From: a virus
Lineage: Duplodnaviria; Caudoviricetes
DNA length: 64,000 nucleotides
Reading direction: 5' to 3' (one strand)
IMG/VR virus record: IMGVR_UViG_3300021400_003144
In this document: positions 18,462-28,287 of the stretch, piece after piece
Numbering within the stretch: position 1 is the stretch's first letter
Layout of the letters: the number at the start of each line of letters is the position of its first letter
Translations under genes and position numbers: made by a program
Notes under the pieces: generated by a model
The model's input: the letters and a program-made list of their open reading frames with translations, nothing else
Database searches by the model: none
Told to the model about the DNA's origin: nothing

Positions 18462-18490
18462 TTGACAAAATAAAGAATGTATGATATAAT
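18462..18490 (+). promoter_or_regulatory. consensus sigma-A promoter
   Basis: TTGACA-17 bp-TATAAT with TG extension. Confidence 0.9.
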
Positions 18491-18500
18491 ATAGAATATA

Positions 18501-18536
18501 AAAAGAGAACTTATAGAAATATAGGTTCTCTTTTTT
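18501..18536 (+). terminator. terminator-like hairpin immediately after the promoter
   Basis: AAAAGAGAAC / GTTCTCTTTT stem + T tract. Confidence 0.7.
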
Positions 18537-18572
18537 GTTGTATAGAGAGTTTTAAAATTTAAGGAGAATTTA

Positions 18573-19175
18573 ATGAAATTAAAGAAATTAGCAATGATAG
18601 TTGGTATGATTAGCACAATGTTAAGTATGAGTAGCATGAAAACATTTGCTAATACAGTATTTATTGGTGATAGTAGAACTGTTGGAATCTATGATACATT
18701 ACATGGAACATCTACAGCAAATAAAACTAATGTGAACATTACAGACCCTGATGGAACAACTTGGTCATGTAAAGTGAGCATGGGTTTAAAGTGGATGCAG
18801 AGTACAGGTGTTCCTCAGGTAGAAGATAAGATAACTGATGGAACTGATGTAGTCATTTTAATGGGAGTTAATGATGCAGCTGATGTAAATATGACAAGCA
18901 GATATGTAGAGTATTTGAACTCAAAGAGTATAGAATGGGCAGATAGAGGAGCAGAAGTACATTATGTAAGTGTAATGCCTTTGAGAAATGACACTAAGTA
19001 TGAGACAAATGCAGGTATAAGTATTTGGAATGAGCTGATAAAAAATGGATTATCAGATAATGTAGATTATATAGACATGAGCAAGAGTGGAATTATTTAT
19101 AATTTTAGAGATGCATGGCATTTTAAATCAAATACATCAAGAGAAATATATAACTATTTAACTATGCATGTTTAA
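18573..19175 (+). CDS. secreted SGNH/GDSL hydrolase
   Basis: Signal peptide, FIGDSRT, GVND, DAWH. Confidence 0.85.
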   Translation: MKLKKLAMIVGMISTMLSMSSMKTFANTVFIGDSRTVGIYDTLHGTSTANKTNVNITDPDGTTWSCKVSMGLKWMQSTGVPQVEDKITDGTDVVILMGVNDAADVNMTSRYVEYLNSKSIEWADRGAEVHYVSVMPLRNDTKYETNAGISIWNELIKNGLSDNVDYIDMSKSGIIYNFRDAWHFKSNTSREIYNYLTMHV

Positions 19176-19194
19176 TAGGGAATAGGAGTTTACT

Positions 19195-20127
19195 ATGGTA
19201 AGGAGACCTGAGATATGGGCTAAAGCAGCCTTTAATAAAGAGCAGATGGATGCTAAGATAGCAGCTGGGTGTGATGGGATAGAGCTACAGCTTTTGAAAG
19301 AAAGCTTTGTAGATAGACCAGGTAACAGATGGAAAAGTTTCAAGAGCGTATACGATATAGATGGTTTAAAGGACTATCCAGTTAAGGCTATACATGCACC
19401 TCTATTTAAGGGTTACGGGGATATTACCATAGAGTCTATGATGGACAATAATGATATACTTGTATTACAGGAAATGTTCAGATTGGCTGAAATGTATGCT
19501 GAAAGACAGAATATTGACTATGTTACACTTGTTATACATTCTGAACAGATTATAAACACTATGTATGATGTTGGAGGCATATATAACAAGATTAGAAATA
19601 CACTTGATTTGTTATTTGAACAGTATGACCGTGTAAGGGTGGGAATAGAGAATGTAACACCTATCAGAAATATGGATGATGGAATCATAAGTTTAAGTAA
19701 TAATTACAGATTTGATAATGTGGTGATAGCTAAGAAGTTAAGAGAAGAACTCAAGACAGATAGAGTTGGAACTATATTAGATACCTGTCATGCTATGATT
19801 AGTAAGAGATACATAGATATGTTACATAGACTATTAGAGGATATTGAAGAAGATGATCTGAGTTTAAAGAACTATTTTGAAGCTAATAAGGACACTATAT
19901 ATCATTTGCATTTCAGTGATATGAAAGGTTGTGGTTATGGAAAAGGAAAGCATGGCATTCCTTTTACTAATGAGACTAAAGATAAAGCTAAAGGAATACT
20001 TGAGTTATATAATAGATATAATTATAAATGCCCTTTATGCTTAGAAGTTGAGGAAACAGACTTTGTAAAGTGTACTGGATATAGAGAAACAAGGCAGATA
20101 ATAAATGAGATATACAGTGAGATATAG
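19195..20127 (+). CDS. TIM-barrel AP endonuclease 2 / sugar-phosphate isomerase family protein
   Basis: DGIEL, IENV, LDTCH, HLHFSD, H.IP, LEV metal ligands. Confidence 0.8.
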   Translation: MVRRPEIWAKAAFNKEQMDAKIAAGCDGIELQLLKESFVDRPGNRWKSFKSVYDIDGLKDYPVKAIHAPLFKGYGDITIESMMDNNDILVLQEMFRLAEMYAERQNIDYVTLVIHSEQIINTMYDVGGIYNKIRNTLDLLFEQYDRVRVGIENVTPIRNMDDGIISLSNNYRFDNVVIAKKLREELKTDRVGTILDTCHAMISKRYIDMLHRLLEDIEEDDLSLKNYFEANKDTIYHLHFSDMKGCGYGKGKHGIPFTNETKDKAKGILELYNRYNYKCPLCLEVEETDFVKCTGYRETRQIINEIYSEI

Positions 20128-20155
20128 TTAGATGGTTTGAGTATAAAAGCTGAGG

Positions 20156-20521
20156 GTGGTGAGGTTTATGAGGAAGAGGCTAGTGTTGATAATGTTCATT
20201 GCATTAATAATTACTTCTTGCTCACTAAATAAAAAAGACAGTTTAAAGAGTACTGATAGTACAGATTATTCTGAAGATGAAGAAACAAATGCATTGAAAA
20301 GAGAATTTTGTATAGTAGATGAAGTTAATGAAACAGGGTTTGTTTTGAAGAATACTTCAGATATATTATATAGTCTTGATAATTCATATTTAAAACAATT
20401 TAAGAAAGGTGATAAAGTTCTTTTATTATATAATGAGCGTGGAATGCTAAGTGATGGAAAGTATCATGTTGATGTATATGCTATATATCCTGATGATGAT
20501 ACACTTGATACACCTAGGTAA
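20156..20521 (+). CDS. putative lipoprotein
   Basis: Lipobox ITSC. Confidence 0.7.
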   Translation: MVRFMRKRLVLIMFIALIITSCSLNKKDSLKSTDSTDYSEDEETNALKREFCIVDEVNETGFVLKNTSDILYSLDNSYLKQFKKGDKVLLLYNERGMLSDGKYHVDVYAIYPDDDTLDTPR

Positions 20522-20563
20522 AAGAAATTGAAGCATAAAGGAAATATTAAGGAGGTTTAAGTT

Positions 20564-20896
20564 ATGACAATCAGAGTAATACCTGACAAGATGCATACAA
20601 ATATAACATATAGGCAGGCACTTGCATTAGGAATACAGCAAGGAACAGCTTATTGGTGTCCAGAGTTAAGGCATCATCTTATAATATGTACACCTTATGG
20701 TGGAGCTTTTGGCAATTTAACTAATGTTATTACTGAAGTAGAATGTAATATGTCTATAGTAAAGCAACGTATGTACTTAATGCAAGGAATGGTACCTCCA
20801 AAAGCTACTAAAATAAAAAATTTAAGAGTAAAGCCTATTGATGAAGTTGAGGCTATGAGGTTAACTAACTTTGCAGTATATACGAGTATAAATTAA
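20564..20896 (+). CDS. hypothetical protein
   Basis: AAGGAGG RBS. Confidence 0.75.
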   Translation: MTIRVIPDKMHTNITYRQALALGIQQGTAYWCPELRHHLIICTPYGGAFGNLTNVITEVECNMSIVKQRMYLMQGMVPPKATKIKNLRVKPIDEVEAMRLTNFAVYTSIN

Positions 20897-20943
20897 TATA
20901 AAAGAAAAATAGAGCAGTATTTAAGATTTTTATAAAATAATTG

Positions 20944-20972
20944 TTGACAAAATTGAGATATAGTGATAATAT
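20944..20972 (+). promoter_or_regulatory. sigma-A type promoter
   Basis: TTGACA-17 bp-TAATAT with TG extension. Confidence 0.65.
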
Positions 20973-21017
20973 ATTAATGTAAGGTTAATTAAAGTTACTT
21001 TTAAGGGAGTAAGTGTT

Positions 21018-21251
21018 GTGAGAAAGGTACTTTGTGTTTTAGCTTGTACATTAGGAATTATGACTGTAGGTTGTGGAAACAGACAGATGATAGATACATC
21101 TTTCACATTCAAATATGCTACTGTTGACGGTGTAGACTATGAAATAGCAAGTTGGAAAGACTTTGAAGGTTCTGATATGGTACAATTTAAGACTACTGAT
21201 GGTACTGTATATATGACTCATAGCAGTAAGGTTGTCTTTAGAAGTAAGTAA
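21018..21251 (+). CDS. small phage lipoprotein
   Basis: Lipobox TVGC then GN.QMIDT.FTF..A...SW.D motif. Confidence 0.7.
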   Translation: MRKVLCVLACTLGIMTVGCGNRQMIDTSFTFKYATVDGVDYEIASWKDFEGSDMVQFKTTDGTVYMTHSSKVVFRSK

Positions 21252-21284
21252 AAAGCAGTTAAAATGTAGCTGTAGTAAGGTTTA

Positions 21285-21971
21285 TTGGAGAACAATCTGA
21301 TTAAATTACTGGAGAAAATTATGAGTCTAAAAGAGTTTATTGAGTCTAATAAAAATATATTGTATGCAAGTATATGCGTTGCTGATTGCAGTTATATGCC
21401 TAAACCAAGTATTTCATGCAATGTAAATAAAATGTTAGATGGAAAATACCGTTTAGAAAATCCAGAGATTACATTAGAAGAATTAATTGACATAAATATT
21501 GAAGATGTTAAGGGCTTTAACTTTAAAAGTTTCTATGATTCAAAATATGGCAAATGTGAATATATTGTAATAGAAATTTCAGAAGATACTATATCAAATA
21601 ATTCTGATAAGGTGCTATATCAAAAACTTGGTAAAGCATTAAATAAAGACTATAAAGACCTAGCTAAGAAATATGAGACTCTTGAGAAGGAATATAAAAA
21701 GCCATTTTATTCTAATTATGGAGTATCATTTTTTAAAGAGATTTTTGTACCATTTACAATAGTTGTAACGATATTTGCTTGGAAGTTTGCTAATATATCA
21801 GAAAATAAAGAGGGAATCATTACAGCAGTAACTGCAATAACATTCCTTTTTATTGGAACAATCATATTATTTATAAAGTCATCTCTGGAAAATAAAAAAG
21901 AAGCTGAGTATTGTAAGGAAGTAAAAGAAGAATATACTAAAAAATTAAGTATTGTAGAGGGAGAGATATGA
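21285..21971 (+). CDS. membrane protein, paralog of 444..1043
   Basis: See ORF 444; real start probably MSLKE. Confidence 0.75.
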   Translation: MENNLIKLLEKIMSLKEFIESNKNILYASICVADCSYMPKPSISCNVNKMLDGKYRLENPEITLEELIDINIEDVKGFNFKSFYDSKYGKCEYIVIEISEDTISNNSDKVLYQKLGKALNKDYKDLAKKYETLEKEYKKPFYSNYGVSFFKEIFVPFTIVVTIFAWKFANISENKEGIITAVTAITFLFIGTIILFIKSSLENKKEAEYCKEVKEEYTKKLSIVEGEI

Positions 21972-22408
21972 TAAAGTTTAGTAAGACAGATAAGACTTAT
22001 GGATGCTTTAGTAATTTCTATAAGTGTCCAGTGAATTACAAGGGTTTGACATATAAGTCATCTGAAGCAGCTTGGCAGGCTCAGAAAGTACAGAATGAGT
22101 CAGAGAAAAAGCAGTTTACAGAGTTAAATCCTGGGGATGCTAAGAGATTAGGCAGAAGAGTTGAACTTAGACATGATTGGGAAGATGTTAAGTATGATTT
22201 GATGGTTGATGTGTGTCTTAAGAAGTTCGCTCAGAATCCTATGTTAGCAACTACATTACTATCAACTGGAGATGAGGAGCTTGTAGAAGATACAACAGGC
22301 TGGCATGATAATACATGGGGCAATTGTGATTGTCCTAAGTGTGCAGGAATAAAGGGTAAGAATCTGTTAGGAAAAGCTCTAATGGAAGTAAGAAAAATTC
22401 TTAAATAA
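21968..22408 (+). CDS. NADAR (YbiA-like) family hydrolase
   Basis: FSNFY, SSEAAWQAQK, AKRLGR, KFAQN, LLSTGDEELVE, D..WG, GKNLLGKALMEVR. Confidence 0.92.
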   Translation: MIKFSKTDKTYGCFSNFYKCPVNYKGLTYKSSEAAWQAQKVQNESEKKQFTELNPGDAKRLGRRVELRHDWEDVKYDLMVDVCLKKFAQNPMLATTLLSTGDEELVEDTTGWHDNTWGNCDCPKCAGIKGKNLLGKALMEVRKILK

Positions 22409-22488
22409 TAAATAAGGACTTTAAATTTACATAAAGCTATTTTATAGTAAGGTGTAAGTTTAAAGTTTTTTATTGGAGGTGATTTTGG

Positions 22489-22854
22489 GTGAACAGTATA
22501 AGAAGTTGGATAAGCGATATTAATGATGTTAAGAAGCATGAAAGAGCTGAGGCTGAGCATCTGATTGATTACTATGAGAAAACAGGAAAAAAGAGTGATG
22601 CAGCTCAGGCTGAAGAAGTTGCTGATTACAATGAAAAAACACTTAATGAGAGAATTGAGTATCTCAATAAGTTAAATGAGGTGCTTGATGTAACTAAAAT
22701 GTTAGACAACAATATGGTTGATATTGCAGCACCTAGTAAGGCTTTTGAAGCATATGGTAAATGGGTGTATTCAGTTATGAATGAAGATGAGTTATCTTTC
22801 AAGACTGGTAGATTTAAGAAAGAGCTATTTGATACAATAGGTATTGTTGATTGA
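22489..22854 (+). CDS. hypothetical protein, probable paralog of 30695..31045
   Basis: I.SWI and L.KLN..D..K motifs shared. Confidence 0.7.
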   Translation: MNSIRSWISDINDVKKHERAEAEHLIDYYEKTGKKSDAAQAEEVADYNEKTLNERIEYLNKLNEVLDVTKMLDNNMVDIAAPSKAFEAYGKWVYSVMNEDELSFKTGRFKKELFDTIGIVD

Positions 22855-23162
22855 ACATAAAGTTTAAAGAATAAAGTATAAAGTTTTTAGGGATATAGCA
22901 GGCGATAAGGATATAGTGCCTATAAAAATTATTAAGTAAGGAGAAAGAAATTTGAGTATGCACTATAAAATTGCTAGTGGAGATATTCTTAAGGCAAATG
23001 AACCTAAGAAGGGCAAGTGTGTTAAATTAAATGTAGAACTTCCAGTTGATGTATATGCTTATATAAAGCGCATGCCTTTGGATGTGTAGTCTGGTGGCAT
23101 AATGAATGAAGCCTTTAGTGGTATAAAGAAGGCTAAAGTTATAATGGGAGAGTAAGAATAAT

Positions 23163-23639
23163 ATGAGCTATAGAGTAAAAATAGATGGTCATCAGGTATT
23201 CGGAAATAATGAGAGTTATGCTCTTTGGGATGATTTTGTAGCATCACAAGGAATTACTATTGATGAAGATGATAATTATGACGGATACACTACTGATGTG
23301 GAGGGTCTGTTTAAGGTTATTGATAAGATAACAAGGGAAAATATAGCAGACAGACATAGAAAAGTACTAGCTGGTGAAAAGAAGATTGGTGACGAATGTA
23401 AGATTAGAGAGCTTGCTGATTTTACAGATAGCATCTTTCTTAAAGATGATACACCACTTCTTGAGTTTGATGAATATATAGTGAAAAATGCTTATATCTT
23501 CTTGCCTCTTCAGGTTAAGAATATACTCAAGGATAAGTTGGTTAAGGCTGATGATAGGTATAAAGACGACGTTGTAGATTGGTCTTTTACAAGTTATAAG
23601 CTTAAGGATGGAGAGAAGATACATCTTTCAGCAGGTTAA
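23163..23639 (+). CDS. hypothetical protein
   Basis: 158-aa ORF, GGAG RBS. Confidence 0.75.
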   Translation: MSYRVKIDGHQVFGNNESYALWDDFVASQGITIDEDDNYDGYTTDVEGLFKVIDKITRENIADRHRKVLAGEKKIGDECKIRELADFTDSIFLKDDTPLLEFDEYIVKNAYIFLPLQVKNILKDKLVKADDRYKDDVVDWSFTSYKLKDGEKIHLSAG

Positions 23640-23764
23640 AGAGCAGAAAGAAAAAGATATAATAAAAAATTTGTAGGATAGTACAATGAAAATAAGCTGT
23701 ATTTATAATTACTAGCTATTGTATAGTTATAGGTAATAAATATGATTTTTGGAGGATTCTAGAT

Positions 23765-24193
23765 ATGAAGATGGATGAGCTATTGATGGCTAATTTTGGT
23801 GAGTTTAATGAAACTCTTACAGTATCATTTAAGAAAACATTAATGACAGCTCCTTATGAGCCAGAGTCAGTACAGGCTGATGCTGAGGTTAAATTTACTG
23901 GTAACATGACAGCCATTGAAAGAGAGGTCATTACAAATGTACTTCTTAACACTACTGAGTACACTGTAATCTGTCATCTTTTTAAGAAGAAGATGATTTC
24001 AGAGAGTGACTTTATTCATAGACGTTCTCTTCTTGAGGATTCTACAGAAGCTATGATGAGGAAGTATGAGAAGCTTACTGGAAAAGATAGATATGAGATT
24101 ATCAATAGAGTGAATACAGCTGAGAAAGATGTAAATCTATCTGAGGAAAAGTCAGATACAGCAAATAAGACTGAAGGTCAGGCTGAGGAATGA
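23765..24193 (+). CDS. hypothetical phage protein
   Basis: GGAGG RBS, high-expression codon usage. Confidence 0.75.
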   Translation: MKMDELLMANFGEFNETLTVSFKKTLMTAPYEPESVQADAEVKFTGNMTAIEREVITNVLLNTTEYTVICHLFKKKMISESDFIHRRSLLEDSTEAMMRKYEKLTGKDRYEIINRVNTAEKDVNLSEEKSDTANKTEGQAEE

Positions 24194-24531
24194 TAACATA
24201 TATAATTCGTAAGATAGAAAACAATGACATAGTGGGTAAAATTATTAAGCACTCTGATGGTAGATATACCTCAGAGTGTTTAGTAGATGAAGATGATGGT
24301 GATTATCCAGTATTGCTATTTGGGTTAGATAAAGAGCTACCAAGAGATGATAGTGAGCATATAAGATATTGGCTTGAAGAAAGAGTAATACCTAAGACAC
24401 GTCAAGGATTAGATTGGGTGCTTGCTTCAGTTGGATTAGATCATTGGGATTTGGAAAAGTTGCTTGAGCTAAATCATGGAAGATGTTCTATAGACAGATA
24501 TTATTTGGAGATAATAAATGAAGAAGTTTAA
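24190..24531 (+). CDS. HipA N-terminal-domain-like (HipS-like) protein
   Basis: WLEERVIPKTR...LL.LNHGR...D.Y; coupled to downstream kinase. Confidence 0.6.
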   Translation: MITYIIRKIENNDIVGKIIKHSDGRYTSECLVDEDDGDYPVLLFGLDKELPRDDSEHIRYWLEERVIPKTRQGLDWVLASVGLDHWDLEKLLELNHGRCSIDRYYLEIINEEV

Positions 24532-25339
24532 AGTATCATCAAGTGAAGCAGTATTAAGCACTTCATCTAATGGTAATCTTATGAAATGGGAAGTTGTTGA
24601 AAATAATAAGACAATTTTCATTAAAACATCATCTATAGATAGACAATCACTAGCATTGAAGTGGATGTATGAAGCATATTCTGAAGTGATTTGTTCAAGG
24701 TTGTTTAAAGAACTTGGTGTTGAAAATGTAGTCCAGTATTATTTATGTGAGATAATCATAGATAATAATATAAAGACAATAGGTTGTTATAGCTATTCAT
24801 TTTTAAAAGATAATGAACAATTAGTAACATTAGCTCACTTAAATAAAATTGGAAAGCTTGCTAATTATGCTACATTAGGCTATGATGGATATGAGAGATG
24901 CATAAGAGATGTAACTAAGTTAACTGGTATAGATTATAAGACAGAGTTAGATAAGATACTAACACTTGATTTTATAGTATTAAATCAAGATAGACACTTA
25001 GGAAATATTGGATTAATATATAATAGGGCAAGTAAGAAAATCAAAAGTCAGTATATATTTGATAATGGAGATAGTCTATTTGCTACTAAGTATATTGATG
25101 ATATGCAGTATGTTAGTGGACTTGACAGTTATTTAAGAGCTAAGCCTTTTAACATTAGTCATTTAGAACAACTAAAATACACTAAGTTAGATGGATTAAA
25201 GCATATGAACTTAGATATAAGCAATACTTTAAAGTTCATAGATACACTTGAAGATAAAGGATTACCTAAAGGAAGAATTAAATTCATTAAGAGTTTATTA
25301 ATGACAAGAATTAATTATTTGAAGTCATTAAAGCTATAG
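24518..25339 (+). CDS. HipA/CtkA-like Ser/Thr kinase
   Basis: G...K, SEVICSRL, DFIVLNQDRHLGNIG, IFDNGDSL. Confidence 0.85.
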   Translation: MKKFKVSSSEAVLSTSSNGNLMKWEVVENNKTIFIKTSSIDRQSLALKWMYEAYSEVICSRLFKELGVENVVQYYLCEIIIDNNIKTIGCYSYSFLKDNEQLVTLAHLNKIGKLANYATLGYDGYERCIRDVTKLTGIDYKTELDKILTLDFIVLNQDRHLGNIGLIYNRASKKIKSQYIFDNGDSLFATKYIDDMQYVSGLDSYLRAKPFNISHLEQLKYTKLDGLKHMNLDISNTLKFIDTLEDKGLPKGRIKFIKSLLMTRINYLKSLKL

Positions 25340-25347
25340 GAGTTACT

Positions 25348-26133
25348 GTGTTAGAAGAATTAAAGAAGCGTACTGAGTTTAGAAAAGAGCTAACAGATTA
25401 TGTTGAAGTCTTAAGACAGAGGTCTGACCCAGCAATGATTGAAGAGTTCTCTAAGCTGAGAAATATAAGCATAGAAGCTGTTAAAGATGCAGGTATATTT
25501 TATATAGAAGATATGAGAAAAATGATGATACCTTCATATCTTGATAAGCTTGAGTTATTTGGGGTTATATCTCCTAACAATAATAAACCTATCTATCATG
25601 AAAGATGGGTAATTCCTATTAAGGATGTAGATGGTCTTGTACAAGGTCTTGTAGGCTATAGTAATAAAGCGGATGAAAGATATGTCTATGCTACTACTCA
25701 ATACTATATGCGTGGAGATACATTGTGGGGGCTTGAGAGATTGGAAAAAGCATATGAATTAGGATACGGTATACTACTTGAAGGTATTACTGATGCTATT
25801 CATGTTAGAAGTATAGGATATGTTCCAGTGTTTGCTAATTGTGGTACAAGACCTAGTGACATTAATATGGGTGAGTTAAACAGATGTAGGTTTGGAATAA
25901 TCAGAGTACATGATAGAGATGCAGCTGGTTATAAGACTAGAAAGCATTGGGTAACTAATAGGTACTGTACATTAGTTACACCAATAATGTATAAAGATAG
26001 TGATGAAACACTGAGAGAGTCTGAGGACAATGTGGTGTGGTTTAAGCAATATATGGATGCTTGTATAAACTGGATTAAGGAAAAAGAGCATAAAGGTCAA
26101 ATATGTGATACCGTGACGGCATGCATGTTATAA
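25348..26133 (+). CDS. DnaG-type DNA primase catalytic core
   Basis: RWVIPIKD..G.V.GLVG, TOPRIM LLEGITDA, HDRDAAG, KD.DE; no N-terminal Zn finger. Confidence 0.8.
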   Translation: MLEELKKRTEFRKELTDYVEVLRQRSDPAMIEEFSKLRNISIEAVKDAGIFYIEDMRKMMIPSYLDKLELFGVISPNNNKPIYHERWVIPIKDVDGLVQGLVGYSNKADERYVYATTQYYMRGDTLWGLERLEKAYELGYGILLEGITDAIHVRSIGYVPVFANCGTRPSDINMGELNRCRFGIIRVHDRDAAGYKTRKHWVTNRYCTLVTPIMYKDSDETLRESEDNVVWFKQYMDACINWIKEKEHKGQICDTVTACML

Positions 26134-26142
26134 AACGGATTG

Positions 26143-26350
26143 AGACTTAAAAGTTAAAAATTGACATACAGTGACTAAAAATTGAGTATCAGTAAAGCAA
26201 TTCTAGCTTTTTTAAAAATTAGAAATGAATGTGATTAGTTTTAGGTAAAAGTGAGAATGGGATATACATTTGAAAAAATTTTGGGTTGCAGTGACGAAAA
26301 ATTTTTGGTACAGTAGGGTCGAAAAAATTGGGTTGAAAATTTCCGAAAAA
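26143..26350. repeat. dispersed intergenic element, copy 1
   Basis: TAAAAGTTAAAAA, TAGCT, GATTAGTTTTAGGTAA, TACAGTAGGGT shared with 35163 and/or 61354 regions. Confidence 0.65.
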
Positions 26351-26396
26351 ATGATAAGATGATATGGAATTTGAAATTGAAAGGTGGTGAGTTTAG

Positions 26397-26603
26397 ATGT
26401 TTGAGAATGTGAATATTAATGAGTTAAGAGATGCCATTGGTTTCTATGAGGACCAGCTAAGAATTAACAATGAAACACTAGAAAAGCATGATGAATCTCT
26501 TAAGGAAATAGAGAAGCAGAGAATACAGGTTAATACCAATATTTATAGGTTATCTATTGGATATCTCAAGGAAATTGAGAAATATGTAGAGAATAAAAAA
26601 TAA
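26397..26603 (+). CDS. small coiled-coil protein
   Basis: Strong AAAGGTGGTGA RBS. Confidence 0.7.
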   Translation: MFENVNINELRDAIGFYEDQLRINNETLEKHDESLKEIEKQRIQVNTNIYRLSIGYLKEIEKYVENKK

Positions 26604-26960
26604 AGTGTTTAAGGCATAATAGTTGCTATATAAGCATTTGTATAGTAGTAGGTATAATTTAAAAAATTAATTTTAACTTGATTTTTACAGTGATTGAGAT
26701 TTTTAGATACTGTTAAATAGTTATAGTTATAAATTAAAAAATTATTAGATTAAATCTGTAATTTGGCAGATATACAGGTTCATTACCTGTTAATCTAATT
26801 ACAGTAGTAAGATACTGTAAAATAAAAATTATATGAATTAATTGAAAATGATTTAAGCATTTAGATATTAGTAAGTATAATTTAAAAAAATTATAATTTT
26901 GTTGTTTTATGCTTAGCAGATTAGAGTTTAATGCTAGGTATTTAACATAAATAATGAGTA

Positions 26961-27034
26961 TTCGGACATTGAAGGATATTCGGAACAATTAGGAAAAAAT
27001 TAGGAAATCTAGGAAGAAAAAAGGAGAAAAAATT
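26961..27034 (+). promoter_or_regulatory. 5' leader with seven ~10-nt-spaced GGA motifs
   Basis: GGA at 26964, 26974, 26982, 26992, 27003, 27012, 27023 (last is the RBS). Confidence 0.5.
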
Positions 27035-28249
27035 ATGGCAAACTCATTTTTACAGCTCGGAACTCGTGTTAACAACATCAAGTCTTATCTTGAGGGAATG
27101 TCCTCAGAGAACTCAATCAAGTACAGAGCAGAGAAGAACAAGTCTCATGTGATTTATTTCCCTACTATGCAGGTAGAGGATGAGAACGGTAATCTTGTAA
27201 ATGGTATCATTTCAAGAGCAGCTAAGATTCATGAGTGGGAGTTCGATAAGAAGTTCTATTCATCTATTTGTACTGATGGTTTCGTAATCAAGAATGAAGA
27301 TGGAACAATGTTAACAGATGGTTCTTGCCCATTCTGTGAAGCAGAGGAAAAGAGCTGGGATATTTTCAATTATAGAATTGACTATGAGAAAGCTCATTGT
27401 GGTAAGACAGGTGCTGATCTTGAGGCTCATATCAAGAAGTGTCGTTCAGATTATGCTAAGGAGCTTAAGCTTAAGCAGTCAAGAACATGTATTTACATTC
27501 TTGCAGTTCAGTTTAACATTGATGATGCAAAGAATCCTGTTCTTGGTTCAGATGGTCTTCCGACATATGAACTTAAGATTATGAGACTTTCTACAAAGCA
27601 GCTTAGTGCAATTCAGACAATCATGGATAACAACAGAATCCCTCTTGCAGGTTCTGAGGTAATCTTCACTTATGGAAATCAGGACAATCCTATGAATCTT
27701 ATTGGTGAGAGAACTGTAACAGCAGTATTTACTAATAACTACATTACAGTTCAGTATCCTGCTGTAGTTGACAAGATTAATGCTGATGTAGCTAAGTTTG
27801 ACTGGAACGGAATTGAGAAGGCATATCCAGAGTGGAAGCCTCAGTCAACAGAAGTATCAAGAAATCAGATGGCAAAGCTCTTCTCTGCTTGGGATTATTA
27901 TGTAGCTCATAAGGATGAAGGTGCTGAGTATCTTGAGTATATTGGTGCTGGTAAGGCTGTAACTAATCCATCTCTTACAGGTAATGTACAGGGTATTGGT
28001 GCAGGACTTCCTCCAATGGGAGCAATGCCTCAGATGGGTGCTATGCCAGCTCAGGCTCCTGCTCAGGGAACAGCTCCAGTTGGTGCTCTTCCTCAGATGG
28101 GTGCAGCTCCAGCTCAGGCTCCTGCTCAGGGAACAAATCAGATGGGAGCAATGCCTCAGATGGGTGCTATGCCTCAGATGGGAGCAATGCCTCAGATGGG
28201 TGCAGTTCCAACAACAGGTCTTAGTGGAAATGGTAATGTTGAAATCTAA
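27035..28249 (+). CDS. probable single-stranded DNA-binding protein (gp32-like) with PQMGA-repeat tail
   Basis: H..C....CPFC Zn ligands, strongly biased codons, next to primase; low-complexity C-terminus. Confidence 0.6.
   Translation: MANSFLQLGTRVNNIKSYLEGMSSENSIKYRAEKNKSHVIYFPTMQVEDENGNLVNGIISRAAKIHEWEFDKKFYSSICTDGFVIKNEDGTMLTDGSCPFCEAEEKSWDIFNYRIDYEKAHCGKTGADLEAHIKKCRSDYAKELKLKQSRTCIYILAVQFNIDDAKNPVLGSDGLPTYELKIMRLSTKQLSAIQTIMDNNRIPLAGSEVIFTYGNQDNPMNLIGERTVTAVFTNNYITVQYPAVVDKINADVAKFDWNGIEKAYPEWKPQSTEVSRNQMAKLFSAWDYYVAHKDEGAEYLEYIGAGKAVTNPSLTGNVQGIGAGLPPMGAMPQMGAMPAQAPAQGTAPVGALPQMGAAPAQAPAQGTNQMGAMPQMGAMPQMGAMPQMGAVPTTGLSGNGNVEI
28013..28210 (+). repeat. coding tandem repeats (CCTCAGATGGGNGCNATG; PQMGAM) and duplicated PAQAPAQGT
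   Basis: Direct repeats visible in DNA and protein. Confidence 0.85.
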
Positions 28250-28287
28250 TGAAATGAAATTAGACAGATAAAAGTAAGGTAGAGCTT

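Noticed and set aside
22958-23155. TAG stop-codon reassignment (in-frame TAG at 23087 and at 2408)
   Set aside because: Long conserved genes are intact in the standard code, CAG/CAA are used normally and many genes end in TAG at sensible places; these two look like isolated nonsense changes or short genes.
27984-28271. Alternate-frame ORF with EQCLRW repeats
   Set aside because: Frame-shifted reading of the PQMGAM tandem repeat in ORF 27035.
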